Positions 9,633 through 20,224 of a DNA stretch of 64,000 nucleotides are shown here, piece after piece. The stretch is taken from positions 544,001 to 608,000 of the forward strand of contig CAVPJU010000006.1 in assembly GCA_963705505.1 (NCBI GenBank). The letters run 5' to 3'. Within the stretch, counting starts at the first letter, position 1, and each line of letters opens with the position of its first letter. The translations under genes and the position numbers were made by a program. A model generated the notes under the pieces. The model had not been told where the DNA came from and did no database searches. It saw nothing but the letters and a program-made list of their open reading frames with translations. This DNA comes from an uncultured bacterium. Its GTDB lineage: Bacteria; Desulfobacterota_D; UBA1144; Nemesobacterales; UBA2774.

Positions 9633-11927
9633 TTATAACTGACCGTACTTCTTTCTGAGCCTCTGTCTTACCAGCTCTGCAGCCGTATTAATAATGAAAG
9701 TAAAGAAGAAGAGTAGAAGCGCAGCCAGGAATAGTATCCTGTAAAGCGTCCCTCCCTGCGGGGCTTCGGGTATTTCCACTGCTATGTTCGCTGACAGTGC
9801 ACGGAAGCCGTTGAATATGCTCCAGTCCATTATGGGCGTGTTCCCGGTCGCCATAAGCACTATCATCGTCTCTCCTATCGCTCTTCCCAAGCCTATCATG
9901 ACGGCGGAGAATATCCCCGGGCTCGCAGTCGGAAGCACTACCCGTATGGCTGTTTGCCAGCGGTTTGCTCCGAGGGCGAGAGAGCCCGCCGCGAGATGAT
10001 TGGGTACGCTCGACAGAGCGTCCTCGGAGATGGTGAATATTATAGGTATGACCGCAAACCCCATTGCGAATCCGACGATTAAAGAGTTTCTCTGGTCGTA
10101 TTGGAGACCCAGTACATTATAGAACCACGCCTTATAATCCCCGCCGAAAATAAAATGCTCTACCGGGGAGTTTATCCAGAGAGTCACTATGACTCCAAGC
10201 AAAATCACGGGGATGAGGAAAAAGAGCTCTGTCCCTTCCTTGAATCTGCCCTTTATTCTTCTCGGCAGATACCCCCAGATGAAAACGGCTATTAATGTGA
10301 ATATCGTGAGGACGATGGGCATAGTAAAAATTGCGGGGATAATTTTTTCGATGACGGGCGCAAGCCAGAGGCCCGCAAAGAATCCCAGTACGACGCTTGG
10401 AAGGGCCGCCATGACTTCTATTACGGGCTTAATCGTGTTCCTGAGCGACGGGTGCATGAATTGTGAGACGCATAGAGCCGCGAAAATGGAAAGAGGTATT
10501 GCGAAGAAGAGGGCGTAGATGGCTCCTTTCAATGTTCCAAAAGCCAGAGGTGTTAAGCTGAACTTCGGCTCAAAGTCATCTGTACCCCCTGTCGACTGCC
10601 ATACGTATTCCGGTTTGCTGTATCCCTCGTACCAGACTTTTCCGAAGAGGGTTGTTAAGCTCGTCTCGGGGTGAGGGTTCTTTACATCCCAGTCGTATAA
10701 TTTTCCCTTTTGATCGACAGCGATTATTCCGTCCGCTTTGGGGGGATAGGCGAGAGTTTTCACAGCCCCGTCCGTTTTGAACGATGCGAGTTGTCGATTT
10801 GATGTAGCGTGATAAAGGTTTATATGGCCCCCGTTGTCCGCGGCTATAAATCCGCGGTCCCGAGTGGATGCAATAATATTCGTCACCGGAAGCTCCATCG
10901 GAGGGAGCTCATGAATCTTTTTTAAAATCTTTCCCCGCGGGGAATCCGGCTCTGCCACTTCGAACCAGACGGACACGTCCCCCGCGCCGTCGCCCACTAT
11001 GAGAGAGCGGTCTCCCAGAAGGAATGCGAGCGCTGTAACCGGGGTATTCGAGTTGGGAGCGGCGGTCAGGACATCTAAAAGTGCAGGGTTCTCTTTATCA
11101 CTCACATCCCAGTGGTATAGCTTGCCGATATTCGTCCCGACATACAGGTTGCCAAGGGACCGGTCGATCTCCAAAGCGGTCACCTTGCTGCCTTCGAGCT
11201 TCTCCGTCAGATCGCGAGTGACCTGCGTTTTTTCTCCTCCGCCTAGTAATCCACCCGATTCGACCATCGCGGAGAAAATAAGGTGTCCGTCGGACGTATA
11301 AGCGGCTGCCGTATCGTTCCCGTCATCGTCTTCTTCATACGCAATTGTGAGGAGCGGGGAGGAGCCGATATTCACGGCATCCTCTTCTTTGACATCCGGG
11401 GTAATGATTCTTTTATCGCCCTGGAAGTCCGCTGCGTAACTCATGCTGACAGGCAGAATCTTGCCGTTTTCGGTACCGAAACTATATAATTTATTGTTAT
11501 CGGACACATAGCTCGAAATTATCTTTGTGCCCTCGAGCCCCGGAAGCTGCACTTTTTTTATGGTGCGCCCGTCTTTAAGAGATAAAAAGACGACCGTCCC
11601 GTCGTTTGCGACTATGAAACCTATTTCCTTATATTGTTCGGTCCCTGCCGCAAGGAACGGGAATTGCCTTTCGTCGGGACTGTCAAGAGAGTAAGAGGCG
11701 AGGTCGGGGGATTCCTTCAGAATAAAAGAACTTGTAAGCTCGGATTTTACTCCCTGCCAGAGGGGAAGGGTCTCGATCCCTATGAATACGAGAATCGCGA
11801 TGATGCATAAAATAATCGCTATTCCGCCGATTGTGACTATAACGGTCGCGATACGGTCGACAAGTTTCCTCCGCTTAACTCCGGAGGAAACCTGTCTTGG
11901 TTCTTTCAGTTTGGTTTTGGGTGCCAC
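9633..11927 (-). CDS. pstC: Phosphate ABC transporter permease with large beta-propeller-like periplasmic domain
   Basis: KVWYEGY...WQST, AALPSVVLGF, GRAIGETMIVLMATGN; WD-like repeats in the N-terminal half. Confidence 0.93.
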   Translation of the reverse strand: MAPKTKLKEPRQVSSGVKRRKLVDRIATVIVTIGGIAIILCIIAILVFIGIETLPLWQGVKSELTSSFILKESPDLASYSLDSPDERQFPFLAAGTEQYKEIGFIVANDGTVVFLSLKDGRTIKKVQLPGLEGTKIISSYVSDNNKLYSFGTENGKILPVSMSYAADFQGDKRIITPDVKEEDAVNIGSSPLLTIAYEEDDDGNDTAAAYTSDGHLIFSAMVESGGLLGGGEKTQVTRDLTEKLEGSKVTALEIDRSLGNLYVGTNIGKLYHWDVSDKENPALLDVLTAAPNSNTPVTALAFLLGDRSLIVGDGAGDVSVWFEVAEPDSPRGKILKKIHELPPMELPVTNIIASTRDRGFIAADNGGHINLYHATSNRQLASFKTDGAVKTLAYPPKADGIIAVDQKGKLYDWDVKNPHPETSLTTLFGKVWYEGYSKPEYVWQSTGGTDDFEPKFSLTPLAFGTLKGAIYALFFAIPLSIFAALCVSQFMHPSLRNTIKPVIEVMAALPSVVLGFFAGLWLAPVIEKIIPAIFTMPIVLTIFTLIAVFIWGYLPRRIKGRFKEGTELFFLIPVILLGVIVTLWINSPVEHFIFGGDYKAWFYNVLGLQYDQRNSLIVGFAMGFAVIPIIFTISEDALSSVPNHLAAGSLALGANRWQTAIRVVLPTASPGIFSAVMIGLGRAIGETMIVLMATGNTPIMDWSIFNGFRALSANIAVEIPEAPQGGTLYRILFLAALLLFFFTFIINTAAELVRQRLRKKYGQL

Positions 11928-11996
11928 GAGTAAGATTTCCTGTCCAGACCGTATTTATAAAATCTATATTATTATCTGATAGCTTCGGAAGAATAA

Positions 11997-12992
11997 TCAG
12001 TTTCCGATCACTTTCCACTGCTCTGCGTCGATGTTTGCAGGTAACGGGTCATAACCGTCTTTAATTACGACCTGCTGACCCTCCTGGCTGAGCACATACT
12101 TTAAGAACTCGAGACGAAGCGGGTCAAGAGCTTCGTTCGGTTTCTTGTTGACATAGATATAAAGATACCTGCCTAGAGGATATGTTTTGTTAAGAACATT
12201 CGCGAGATTCGGTTCTGCGCATTCGCCCGGCTTTTTGCCAAGCTTGAGCGCCTTAACGCCGGAGGTTACATACCCGATTCCGCTGTATCCGATGGCGCCT
12301 TTATCTTCGGTGACGCCCTGAACGACGGATGCAGAGCCGGGCTGCTCCTTGACGGAGTCCTTGTAATCTCCCTTACAGAGCGTATGCTCCTTGAAATATC
12401 CGTATGTGCCTGAGGCCGAATTTCTGCCGTACATGCTTATCGGCATGTTGGCCCAATCGCCCGTCAGTCCGAGCTGCCCCCAGGTAGTAATGTCCTGAGC
12501 CCCGCCGCAAGCCCTGTTCTTCGAGAAAATTGCGTCTAACTGATCCATGGTCACACAATCGAGCGGATTATCTTTGCTAACGAATACCGCGAGTGTGTCT
12601 ATCGAGGTTGAAACCGCAGTCGGCTTGTAACCGAATTTCTTTTCGAAATCGTCAACTTCTTTATCCTTCATCGTACGGGACATGGGACCGAACTGAGCCG
12701 TCCCCTCGATGAGAGCCGGAGGGGCGGTGCTTGAGCCTTTACCCTCGATCTGGCATTTTACGTTCGGGTAATTCTTTGTGAACCCCTCGCACCAGAGGGT
12801 CATGAGGTTATTCATAGTGTCCGAGCCGATGCTGTTGATGTTCCCGGTGACACCGCTTGTTTTGGTGTACATGGGGATAGCCGTATCGACCGTTACGGTC
12901 TCCGCGGCAATACCTATAATTCCCGCCAGTGCCAAGACAAATGCAGCAAGGCCGGCAATTATGCTACCCTTGATAAGTTTTCCTCTAAGCAT
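11997..12992 (-). CDS. pstS: Phosphate ABC transporter substrate-binding protein
   Basis: Signal peptide, [31 protein letters not shown]. Confidence 0.95.
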   Translation of the reverse strand: MLRGKLIKGSIIAGLAAFVLALAGIIGIAAETVTVDTAIPMYTKTSGVTGNINSIGSDTMNNLMTLWCEGFTKNYPNVKCQIEGKGSSTAPPALIEGTAQFGPMSRTMKDKEVDDFEKKFGYKPTAVSTSIDTLAVFVSKDNPLDCVTMDQLDAIFSKNRACGGAQDITTWGQLGLTGDWANMPISMYGRNSASGTYGYFKEHTLCKGDYKDSVKEQPGSASVVQGVTEDKGAIGYSGIGYVTSGVKALKLGKKPGECAEPNLANVLNKTYPLGRYLYIYVNKKPNEALDPLRLEFLKYVLSQEGQQVVIKDGYDPLPANIDAEQWKVIGN

Positions 12993-13029
12993 TTTTCAAT
13001 ACCTCCATAAGAGTTTTAATCTGGCAAGC

Positions 13030-13084
13030 ATTAAAACCGAGTAATGTTAAGGATGTGTTAAGAGAACATTAAACCCTAGTTAAC
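13030..13084 (-). promoter_or_regulatory. Pho-box array and -10 element of pstS
   Basis: Minus strand GTTAACT-N4-TTTAATG-N4-CTTAACA-N4-CTTAACA-N9-TTTAAT: four 11-bp-period direct repeats directly upstream of pstS, resembling PhoP/SphR-type boxes. Confidence 0.8.
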
Positions 13085-13266
13085 GGTATTCCGAGCCCGC
13101 TGGTCTTCGTATATTAATATTTTAAATTAAAATCGGCAAGTTGAATAATATCCCCATAGCCGGGAGCACCCTCAAGATTTCAACCTAACCTCGCCTCTAT
13201 CAAAAATGTATACAACTGATATATGACTTAAGTTAGCCGGTTTGAGGGGACGGGGTTGCGGAGCCG

Positions 13267-13306
13267 GTTAACGGGGGATTAATACGCAATTAATCTTATC
13301 TTCATT
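13267..13306 (+). promoter_or_regulatory. Second Pho-box-like array, upstream of the divergent hypothetical gene
   Basis: GTTAACG-N4-ATTAATA-N4-ATTAATC-N4-CTTCATT, 11-bp period. Confidence 0.55.
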
Positions 13307-13408
13307 ATCCGGCATTATCGTGTGGGAGGTGTTTATAACGGGCCCGGTAATTGAGTCTCAGGTTATTCATAGTAAAAACGGAATTGGATTCGGAGAATAA
13401 TAACTAAA

Positions 13409-13990
13409 ATGGAAATACGATCCGTACATCAGATAGCCAAAAGAGAGTGGGAAAACATCTCGGTATCCCTGGAGCTATGCGGGGACATAGGGAAATTCGA
13501 TCTCGCGCGTTACATCGAAAGAGAGCCCGAATTAATCCGCAATCTTATCGGAATGGAGAAGAAGATTCATCAACATGACTATCTCACAAGGGAAGCCGCC
13601 TATGTGTTTACCGAATTGGGGAAGGAAGCGGGAGGGAGACTCGGGCTGAAAGCGGAGCTGGCTAAAGCTTTCGGGGGCGGCTACAGCTGGGTGAGGACGG
13701 GATGGTTCGATCTTATAAACCTTGAGTTCGATGACCTTGATATTCTGGAGGGACACCTGACCCGTAAGATCTTCTTTTTCAGGCTTTTTTTCCCGCTGAA
13801 AGAGGATTTCAGCTGGCTTTTCGATTCCCCGGCCGTTACTTCGAATTTTAAATCCATATTCGAAAGGTTTTTATCCTGGCAAAGGGACCCCGTTGGCTAT
13901 GACAGGGATTTAGAGTCTTACAAGACCGAGATCGATCCGATCAGGGAGGGACTCGCGTCCGCTCTCGATATACAATCCGGACGCTGCTAG
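13409..13990 (+). CDS. Hypothetical protein (193 aa)
   Basis: Long ORF with ATG start, upstream GGAG and host-like codon use; no family recognised. Confidence 0.7.
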   Translation: MEIRSVHQIAKREWENISVSLELCGDIGKFDLARYIEREPELIRNLIGMEKKIHQHDYLTREAAYVFTELGKEAGGRLGLKAELAKAFGGGYSWVRTGWFDLINLEFDDLDILEGHLTRKIFFFRLFFPLKEDFSWLFDSPAVTSNFKSIFERFLSWQRDPVGYDRDLESYKTEIDPIREGLASALDIQSGRC

Positions 13991-14113
13991 CATTGTATAC
14001 CCTCGAATATCCTCCTAACGATTTTCAGGCTGTAAATTCAGGTTTCAAAATCTGATAATACGAGTATAATTTCATTAAGCTTTATGAATATCTGTCTGTC
14101 CAAGGATTGAAAT

Positions 14114-14191
14114 ATGCGCACATATCTTGTTGTGATTTCGATACTTTTGGCGGCCGTATTCATTACCGCCTGCAAGTGCAATCTCGGTTAA
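14114..14191 (+). CDS. Micro-lipoprotein precursor 1 (25 aa, MRTYLVVISILLAAVFITACKCNLG)
   Basis: AAGGA RBS at 14102-14106, TATAAT at 14065-14070, signal peptide plus lipobox ITAC; paralogous to 14409-14486. Confidence 0.75.
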   Translation: MRTYLVVISILLAAVFITACKCNLG

Positions 14192-14408
14192 ATATGTCCC
14201 TGCGGGACAAAGGTAATCCACTATACGCTTAAGCTCCGGGATATGTCATTTCAATATGCCCGCTGTATCGGCAGTGGAGCGGATTTTCTTCACATGCAAG
14301 TTATGAGAATAAGGCGGAAGCCGATTTGAAGGAAACATTTTGAGAGGCACATTTTAATTGTATAATTCTTTCCTGGTATTAAAATAATTCTCGAAAAAGG
14401 ATATAAGA

Positions 14409-14486
14409 ATGCGCATATACCTGACTTTGTTTTCGATTCTCCTTGTTACGCTTCTCGTTACGGCCTGTCAGTGCGGTATCGGTTAG
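14409..14486 (+). CDS. Micro-lipoprotein precursor 2 (25 aa, MRIYLTLFSILLVTLLVTACQCGIG)
   Basis: AAGGA RBS at 14397-14401, TATAAT at 14361-14366, signal peptide plus lipobox VTAC; 13/25 identical to precursor 1. Confidence 0.75.
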   Translation: MRIYLTLFSILLVTLLVTACQCGIG

Positions 14487-14540
14487 ACGCAGCGGAGAAC
14501 GAATCCGAACCTTAAAACAATCCTTTTAATTCCCGAACGC

Positions 14541-15022
14541 ATGATTCTGATAATAATGGGTGTAACGGGAGCGGGTAAGACTACAGTCGGGAAGCTCCTT
14601 GCCAGGAAGCTCGGCTGGAGGTTTTATGACGCCGACGAGTTCCACCCGAAAGAAAATATCGAGAAGATGGTTAAGGGCATCTCTCTGACCGACGAGGACA
14701 GACTCCCCTGGCTGAGATCGGTTCGTGATTTTATTAAGGGACGAAATGAGCCTGCCGTCATTGCCTGCTCGGCGCTGAAGAAGTCCTACAGGGATATACT
14801 GGAAGGAAGGCTGCGGTCGATATAAAGTTTATTTATCTCAAAGGGAACGCGGGATTGATAAGGGAGAGGCTCGAAGAGAGGAAGGGGCACTTCGCGGGAG
14901 CTCAGATACTCGAAGGTCAGTTCGATGCGCTCGAAGAGCCGGAAAATGTACTGACTGAAGATATTTCGAACGGCGCTGAATCGATCGCGGAAGATATAAT
15001 ACGTGAGCTTAATTTGAGTTAA
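14541..15022 (+). CDS. gntK: Gluconokinase (GntK/IdnK type), frameshifted near 14805-14815
   Basis: [38 protein letters not shown]; the other frame continues DIKFIYLKG...RKGHF...GQFDALEEP to TAA at 15022. Confidence 0.85.
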
Positions 15023-15041
15023 GCGGAAGGCGCAAATCCGT

Positions 15042-15908
15042 TTACTTCACCTTTTTCCTTCTGGCATCGGAGGCTTTTGAGAGTATTTCCATAAGCGCGT
15101 CCCGGTCTCCGTCCGCAATCGCTTTTTCTATTTTGCCGAGAGAAATCTTAAGCTGTCCGATAGCCAAGAGGATGTTTTCTTTATTGGCATCTAGGATATC
15201 AACCCACATTTCCGGAGAGCTTGCCGCGACCCTCGTATAATCATTGAGACCCCCTCCGGCAAAGTTGAAGAGCATATCCGGATCGTCTGTCGAGAGTAAA
15301 GCATCGACGAGAGAGTAAGCGAGTACGTGAGGGAGGTGGCTTACGAAACCGAAAACACGGTCGTGCACGTCGATGTCCATCTCGTGCACCTCGCTCCCGA
15401 CCAGCTCCCATAGCGTCGCGACTCTGCTTTTTACGACGAGAGGGGTTTTTTCGGTGGGGGTCAGAATGAACCTTCTTCCCTTAAAGAGCTTGGGATCGGC
15501 ATACTTGATTCCCGAATTCTCTGTTCCGGCTATGGGGTGCCCTCCGACAAAGTGCAGATTAGGGGGCATGATCTCCTCTATCCCTCTCACGATTTTTCCC
15601 TTTACGCTCCCGACGTCGGTGATGATCGTCCCCTGGGTCACTGCGGGGATTAAGGACTTTGCGGTTTTTACAATAGCTCCGACGTGAGTGGCAATTACTA
15701 TTATCTCGGCTCCGGAGACTCCTTCTGCTATGTCCCGCGATCCTTCATCGATTATTTCGTTCCTGAGTGCGTATTCGATCGTCTCTTCATCTGTATCTAC
15801 ACCGAGCACGTTTTTTACCTGCTTTGAGCGTTTGAGCGCCCGGGCAAGAGAGCCGCCTATGAGTCCGAGACCGATTATCGCAACCTTTTTGAATTCCTTC
15901 TTCTTCAT
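15042..15908 (-). CDS. tyrA: Prephenate/arogenate dehydrogenase
   Basis: GLGLIGGS, TDVGSVK, HPIAGTE, SHLPH. Confidence 0.93.
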   Translation of the reverse strand: MKKKEFKKVAIIGLGLIGGSLARALKRSKQVKNVLGVDTDEETIEYALRNEIIDEGSRDIAEGVSGAEIIVIATHVGAIVKTAKSLIPAVTQGTIITDVGSVKGKIVRGIEEIMPPNLHFVGGHPIAGTENSGIKYADPKLFKGRRFILTPTEKTPLVVKSRVATLWELVGSEVHEMDIDVHDRVFGFVSHLPHVLAYSLVDALLSTDDPDMLFNFAGGGLNDYTRVAASSPEMWVDILDANKENILLAIGQLKISLGKIEKAIADGDRDALMEILSKASDARRKKVK

Positions 15909-17017
15909 TTATTCAGGACCTTCTTCATCGCTTTTACGAACCTCTCGTTTTCTTCCGGAAGTCCTATGGTTACGCGGAGCTGTGTTTTTAACCCGTAGCC
16001 CCCGAGGGGCCTCACTATCACCCCTTCTCTCAGGAGAGCGTTATAGACCGGCATGGGGTCTTTTCCGAGGTCGATGAGGATAAAGTTCGTATAAGTGGGC
16101 GCGTGAGGGATATGGAGCTTCCCGAGCTCGTCCTTTAGGTATCCGAGCCCTTCCCTGTTGACCTCCCTTGATCTTCTCACATGGTCGTGGTCGTCGAGCG
16201 CCGCGAGCGCCGCAGCCTGTGCTATGGAGCTCGTATTGAAAGGATGCCTCGCCCTCTGCATTGCCGATACCATTTCCTCCTCCGCGACGCCGTACCCGAG
16301 CCTGAGTCCCGCAAGGCCGTATATCTTGGAGAACGTCCTCACCGTGAGTACAGATTTGCCTCTATTTTGATAAACCAGCGAATCGGGGTAGCCGGGGTCT
16401 TCGACGTACTCGAAGTAGGCTTCATCTATCACGACGAGGATGTCCTCGTTGACCTTATCCAGAAACCACTCGAGCTCATCCCTTTTCACCATCGTGCCTG
16501 TCGGATTATTGGGGTTCGCTATGAATACCGCCTTCGTTCTGGGAGTAATGCGTGAATACATATCCTTCAGATTATGGGTGAGGTCGGGCATGGGGGAGAT
16601 CACCGCTTTAGCCCCCACAGCCTGAGTCACTATCGGATATACGATGAACGCGAATTCGCCCATAACGGCCTCGTCGCCAGGCGACAGAAATGTCCTGGCC
16701 GCGATATCGAGAACATCGTTCGATCCGTTCCCGAATATAAGCCTTTCGGGTTTTACGTCTAAAGCTTGTGCGAGCTTGCCTTTAAGGTAGAACGCGTCCC
16801 CGTCCGGATAGCGGTGTATATCGTGTAATGCATTTTTTGCCGCGATTAACGCAAGGGGCGAAGGGCCGAGCGGGTTTTCATTAGACGCGATCTTTATTGC
16901 GCCTTTTATACCGAGCTCCCTTTCAAGCTCCTCTACGGGCTTTCCGGGAACATAAGGTATCAAATCCCTGACAAAAGGATTGGGCTTTATCAATTTTGTC
17001 CCCTCGGGAACGGCCAA
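15905..17017 (-). CDS. hisC: Histidinol-phosphate aminotransferase
   Basis: KIASNENPLG, NPNNPTG, DEAYFEY, RTFSKIYGLAGLRLGY. Confidence 0.95.
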   Translation of the reverse strand: MAVPEGTKLIKPNPFVRDLIPYVPGKPVEELERELGIKGAIKIASNENPLGPSPLALIAAKNALHDIHRYPDGDAFYLKGKLAQALDVKPERLIFGNGSNDVLDIAARTFLSPGDEAVMGEFAFIVYPIVTQAVGAKAVISPMPDLTHNLKDMYSRITPRTKAVFIANPNNPTGTMVKRDELEWFLDKVNEDILVVIDEAYFEYVEDPGYPDSLVYQNRGKSVLTVRTFSKIYGLAGLRLGYGVAEEEMVSAMQRARHPFNTSSIAQAAALAALDDHDHVRRSREVNREGLGYLKDELGKLHIPHAPTYTNFILIDLGKDPMPVYNALLREGVIVRPLGGYGLKTQLRVTIGLPEENERFVKAMKKVLNK

Positions 17018-17229
17018 GACTCTCGGATCCCCGAATGAAAGGCATTAATCTATCACCGGCGCGCGGAGGAGGCAAGCATCGGTATTGAAATAATCCGGGA
17101 TTTCTTAAAGGATCACGGGTGAATATATATCTTCTGCCATATATTATCGTATTACGCATGGAGGGGCCCTTCAAGGTTATTTTGCCCGAATTGAGAGTTA
17201 GACTCCCAGTTGATATAATCTACTGATCC

Positions 17230-19833
17230 ATGTCCACCGACACCCCCATGCTAAAACAATATCTGGCGATTAAGAAAGAATATCCGGACTCTATCCTATT
17301 TTTCAGGCTCGGGGACTTTTACGAAATGTTTTATGAAGACGCGAAGGTCGCCTCAAAGGTCCTCGGCATCGCTCTCACATCGAGAAATAAATCCGACAAG
17401 AAGAACAGTGTCCCGCTCTGCGGAGTCCCGCATCACAGCGCGGAGCCCTATTTAACGAAGCTCCTCAAGAGCGGGCATAAGGTCGCGATCTGCGAGCAGG
17501 TGGAGGACCCGAAATCGGCGAAGGGCGTAGTAAAACGGAAGGTCGTCAGGGTGCTCACGCCAGGCGCAGTCCTCGATTCCGAGAATCTCGATTCCAAATC
17601 GAATAACTATCTTGCGAGCGTTTATGCCGGGAACGGCTCATACGGATTCGCTTATACGGATATTTCGACGGGGCTATTCAGGACGACCGTTTTTAATTCC
17701 ATCGACGACCTCATGGACGAGATCTATCAGATAGAGCCCAAGGAGATACTCCTGCAGGAGGTAACTGGAGAGAACGGGTCGCTCGGCTCATTGAGAAAGG
17801 CCTCGAACCCCCTGATTACGCTCCTTGATTCCTGGATTTGGGATACCGACCGCGCGAGGGAGCTCCTTCTCGACCACCTGTCCTCAAAAACACTCGAACC
17901 TTTCGGCCTCGAAAATAAACCCGAGGCGATAACCGCATCGGGTGCACTGATTCAGTATTTAAGAGACACGCAGATGGAGGATATGCCCCCACTCGATGAG
18001 CCTGAGTTCTACGAGAAATCGGAGTTTCTGCTTATAGACGATTCGTCGAAGAAGAATCTGGAGCTCCTGAAGTCGGCGGGCGGCGATACCCGGGGGTCCC
18101 TGCTCTGGGTATTGGATGAAACGATGACCGCAATGGGGGGGAGGCTTCTCAAGCAGCGGATAAATTACCCGCTTTTGGATATGGGCAAGATAGAAAAGAG
18201 GCTTGATGCGGTGGAGGAGCTAAAGAGGAGGGCGGGTATAAGGGGCGAGATTAGGAACACGCTTAAAGAGATAAGCGATATCGAAAGGCTCATCGGCAGG
18301 ATTGCGACATCATCGGCAAGGCCCAGGGACCTCGGGTCGTTAAGAGATTCCTCTCAATATATAACGGGGATCAAGACCGCATTATATGGAGCTGATACGG
18401 AAATTCTAAAAAATATCGGTGAGAATCTCGATGACCTGAGTGATCTGAAGGAGGTTCTCGGGAGGACACTCGTCGACGAGCCTCCCGTATCGGCGCGGGA
18501 CGGGGGGATGATAAAGGAAGGGGTGAGCACTGAGCTCGACGAGCTCAGATCGCTCAGGCGCGACGGAAGAAAGTGGATCGCCGAGCTTGAGATCAGGGAG
18601 AGAAGCGCATCCGGAATTAACTCACTCAAAGTGAGCTACAACAGGGTGTTCGGTTATTACATAGAGGTCTCGAAGGCAAACCTGGCTCTCGTTCCCGAGG
18701 GATACATAAGAAAGCAGACGCTTGCCAATGCGGAGAGATATATCACGGAAGAGCTAAAGGAGTATGAGGAAAAAATTCTCGGCGCCGAGGACACGATACT
18801 CCGGATCGAACAGGAGCTTTTTGAAGAACTGCGCAAACGCATCGCCCTGGAGTCGGAGAGAATAAGGCTCACTTCGTCTCATATTGCGGAGATAGACGTC
18901 CTGTGCTCTCTATCGGAAGCCGCGGAGAAATACTCGTATGTCAGACCGCAGATAACCGAATCCGGGTTAATAGAGCTAAAGCACAACAGGCACCCGGTCG
19001 TTGAGAGAATGGACCTGGGGGAGCGCTTCGTTCCGAACGATATAAGGCTCGATGCCGATGAGAACCAGTTCCTCATCATAACGGGCCCGAACATGGCCGG
19101 TAAATCGACTCTCATCCGGCAGGTGGCTCTCACAGTAATCATGGCGCAGATGGGGAGTTTCGTTCCCGCAACACATGCGAGGATCGGAATTACGGACAGG
19201 ATATTCACCAGGGTGGGGGCCTCGGACAATCTGGCGAAGGGGCAGTCGACCTTCATGGTGGAGATGGTCGAGACCGCATACATACTGAGACACGCCACTG
19301 ACAAAAGCCTCGTCATACTGGACGAGATCGGCAGGGGGACGAGCACATTCGACGGGATGAGCATCGCGTGGGCGGTTGCAGAATACCTTCACGACAGGGG
19401 GGCGATGACCCTTTTTGCGACCCATTACCACGAGCTTGCCGGACTCGCGATGTCGAAGCGCAGGACCAAGAACTACAACATCTATGTAAAAGACACGGGA
19501 GACAAGATCGTATTTCTGAGGAAGCTCATCCCGGGGGCGGCGAGCCACAGCTACGGTATCCAGGTGGCAAAGCTTGCAGGTGTGCCCGATGCGGTTATTA
19601 AAAACGCGCAAAAGGTACTGTCCAAACTGGAGAAGACGCAATCGGGGCTTAGGAGCTCCATAATCGGGGGGCAGATATCCCTGTTCGGGGATGAGGATGT
19701 CAAAGAGACGGGCGAGGAAAATCCCGTTATCGGGGAAATAAGGGCGCTCGATACGAACTCCATGACGCCGCTCGATGCGCTCGCAAAGCTCGCCGAATTG
19801 AAAAGCAAACTCGAAAACGACCCGGATCAATGA
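17230..19833 (+). CDS. mutS: DNA mismatch repair protein MutS
   Basis: TPMLKQY, FRLGDFYEMF, TGPNMAGKST, DEIGRGTST, ATHYHEL. Confidence 0.98.
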   Translation: MSTDTPMLKQYLAIKKEYPDSILFFRLGDFYEMFYEDAKVASKVLGIALTSRNKSDKKNSVPLCGVPHHSAEPYLTKLLKSGHKVAICEQVEDPKSAKGVVKRKVVRVLTPGAVLDSENLDSKSNNYLASVYAGNGSYGFAYTDISTGLFRTTVFNSIDDLMDEIYQIEPKEILLQEVTGENGSLGSLRKASNPLITLLDSWIWDTDRARELLLDHLSSKTLEPFGLENKPEAITASGALIQYLRDTQMEDMPPLDEPEFYEKSEFLLIDDSSKKNLELLKSAGGDTRGSLLWVLDETMTAMGGRLLKQRINYPLLDMGKIEKRLDAVEELKRRAGIRGEIRNTLKEISDIERLIGRIATSSARPRDLGSLRDSSQYITGIKTALYGADTEILKNIGENLDDLSDLKEVLGRTLVDEPPVSARDGGMIKEGVSTELDELRSLRRDGRKWIAELEIRERSASGINSLKVSYNRVFGYYIEVSKANLALVPEGYIRKQTLANAERYITEELKEYEEKILGAEDTILRIEQELFEELRKRIALESERIRLTSSHIAEIDVLCSLSEAAEKYSYVRPQITESGLIELKHNRHPVVERMDLGERFVPNDIRLDADENQFLIITGPNMAGKSTLIRQVALTVIMAQMGSFVPATHARIGITDRIFTRVGASDNLAKGQSTFMVEMVETAYILRHATDKSLVILDEIGRGTSTFDGMSIAWAVAEYLHDRGAMTLFATHYHELAGLAMSKRRTKNYNIYVKDTGDKIVFLRKLIPGAASHSYGIQVAKLAGVPDAVIKNAQKVLSKLEKTQSGLRSSIIGGQISLFGDEDVKETGEENPVIGEIRALDTNSMTPLDALAKLAELKSKLENDPDQ

Positions 19834-19861
19834 TTGAAAGGCATTTTCACTTCACATTACC

Positions 19862-20224
19862 ATGACTGATAGCAAATCACTCGGACAAATAGGAGAGGAT
19901 ATAGCCTGCAAAGCCCTTAAGAAGGACAGGTATAAAATCCTCGAGAAGAATTACAGGTGCAGGCAGGGGGAGATCGACCTCATTGCGGAAGACAGGGGCA
20001 AGGTGCTCTGCTTTGTCGAGGTAAAGGCCAAGTCGTCCTTCGACTTCGGCCTTCCCGAGGAAGCTGTTACTCATAGAAAACAAAAGAAGCTCCAGGCTGC
20101 CGCGTTCAGTTACATAGAGTCGAAAGGGCTTAAATCACGGCCTATGCGCTTCGATGTCGTTTCGGTCAACCTCGTCAGTAATGAGAGCAGGATAATAAAG
20201 AACGCTTTCGAAGCGGATATGTGA
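19862..20224 (+). CDS. yraN: YraN family (UPF0102) putative endonuclease
   Basis: GQIGEDIA, GEIDLIA, FVEVK, RFDVVSV. Confidence 0.9.
   Translation: MTDSKSLGQIGEDIACKALKKDRYKILEKNYRCRQGEIDLIAEDRGKVLCFVEVKAKSSFDFGLPEEAVTHRKQKKLQAAAFSYIESKGLKSRPMRFDVVSVNLVSNESRIIKNAFEADM

Noticed and set aside
9633..11927. Very long PstC with a propeller-like domain as a novelty
   Set aside because: Long PstC/PstA forms are already known in other Gram-negative bacteria
18976..19830. 284-aa ORF antisense to mutS
   Set aside because: Shadow ORF of a conserved gene
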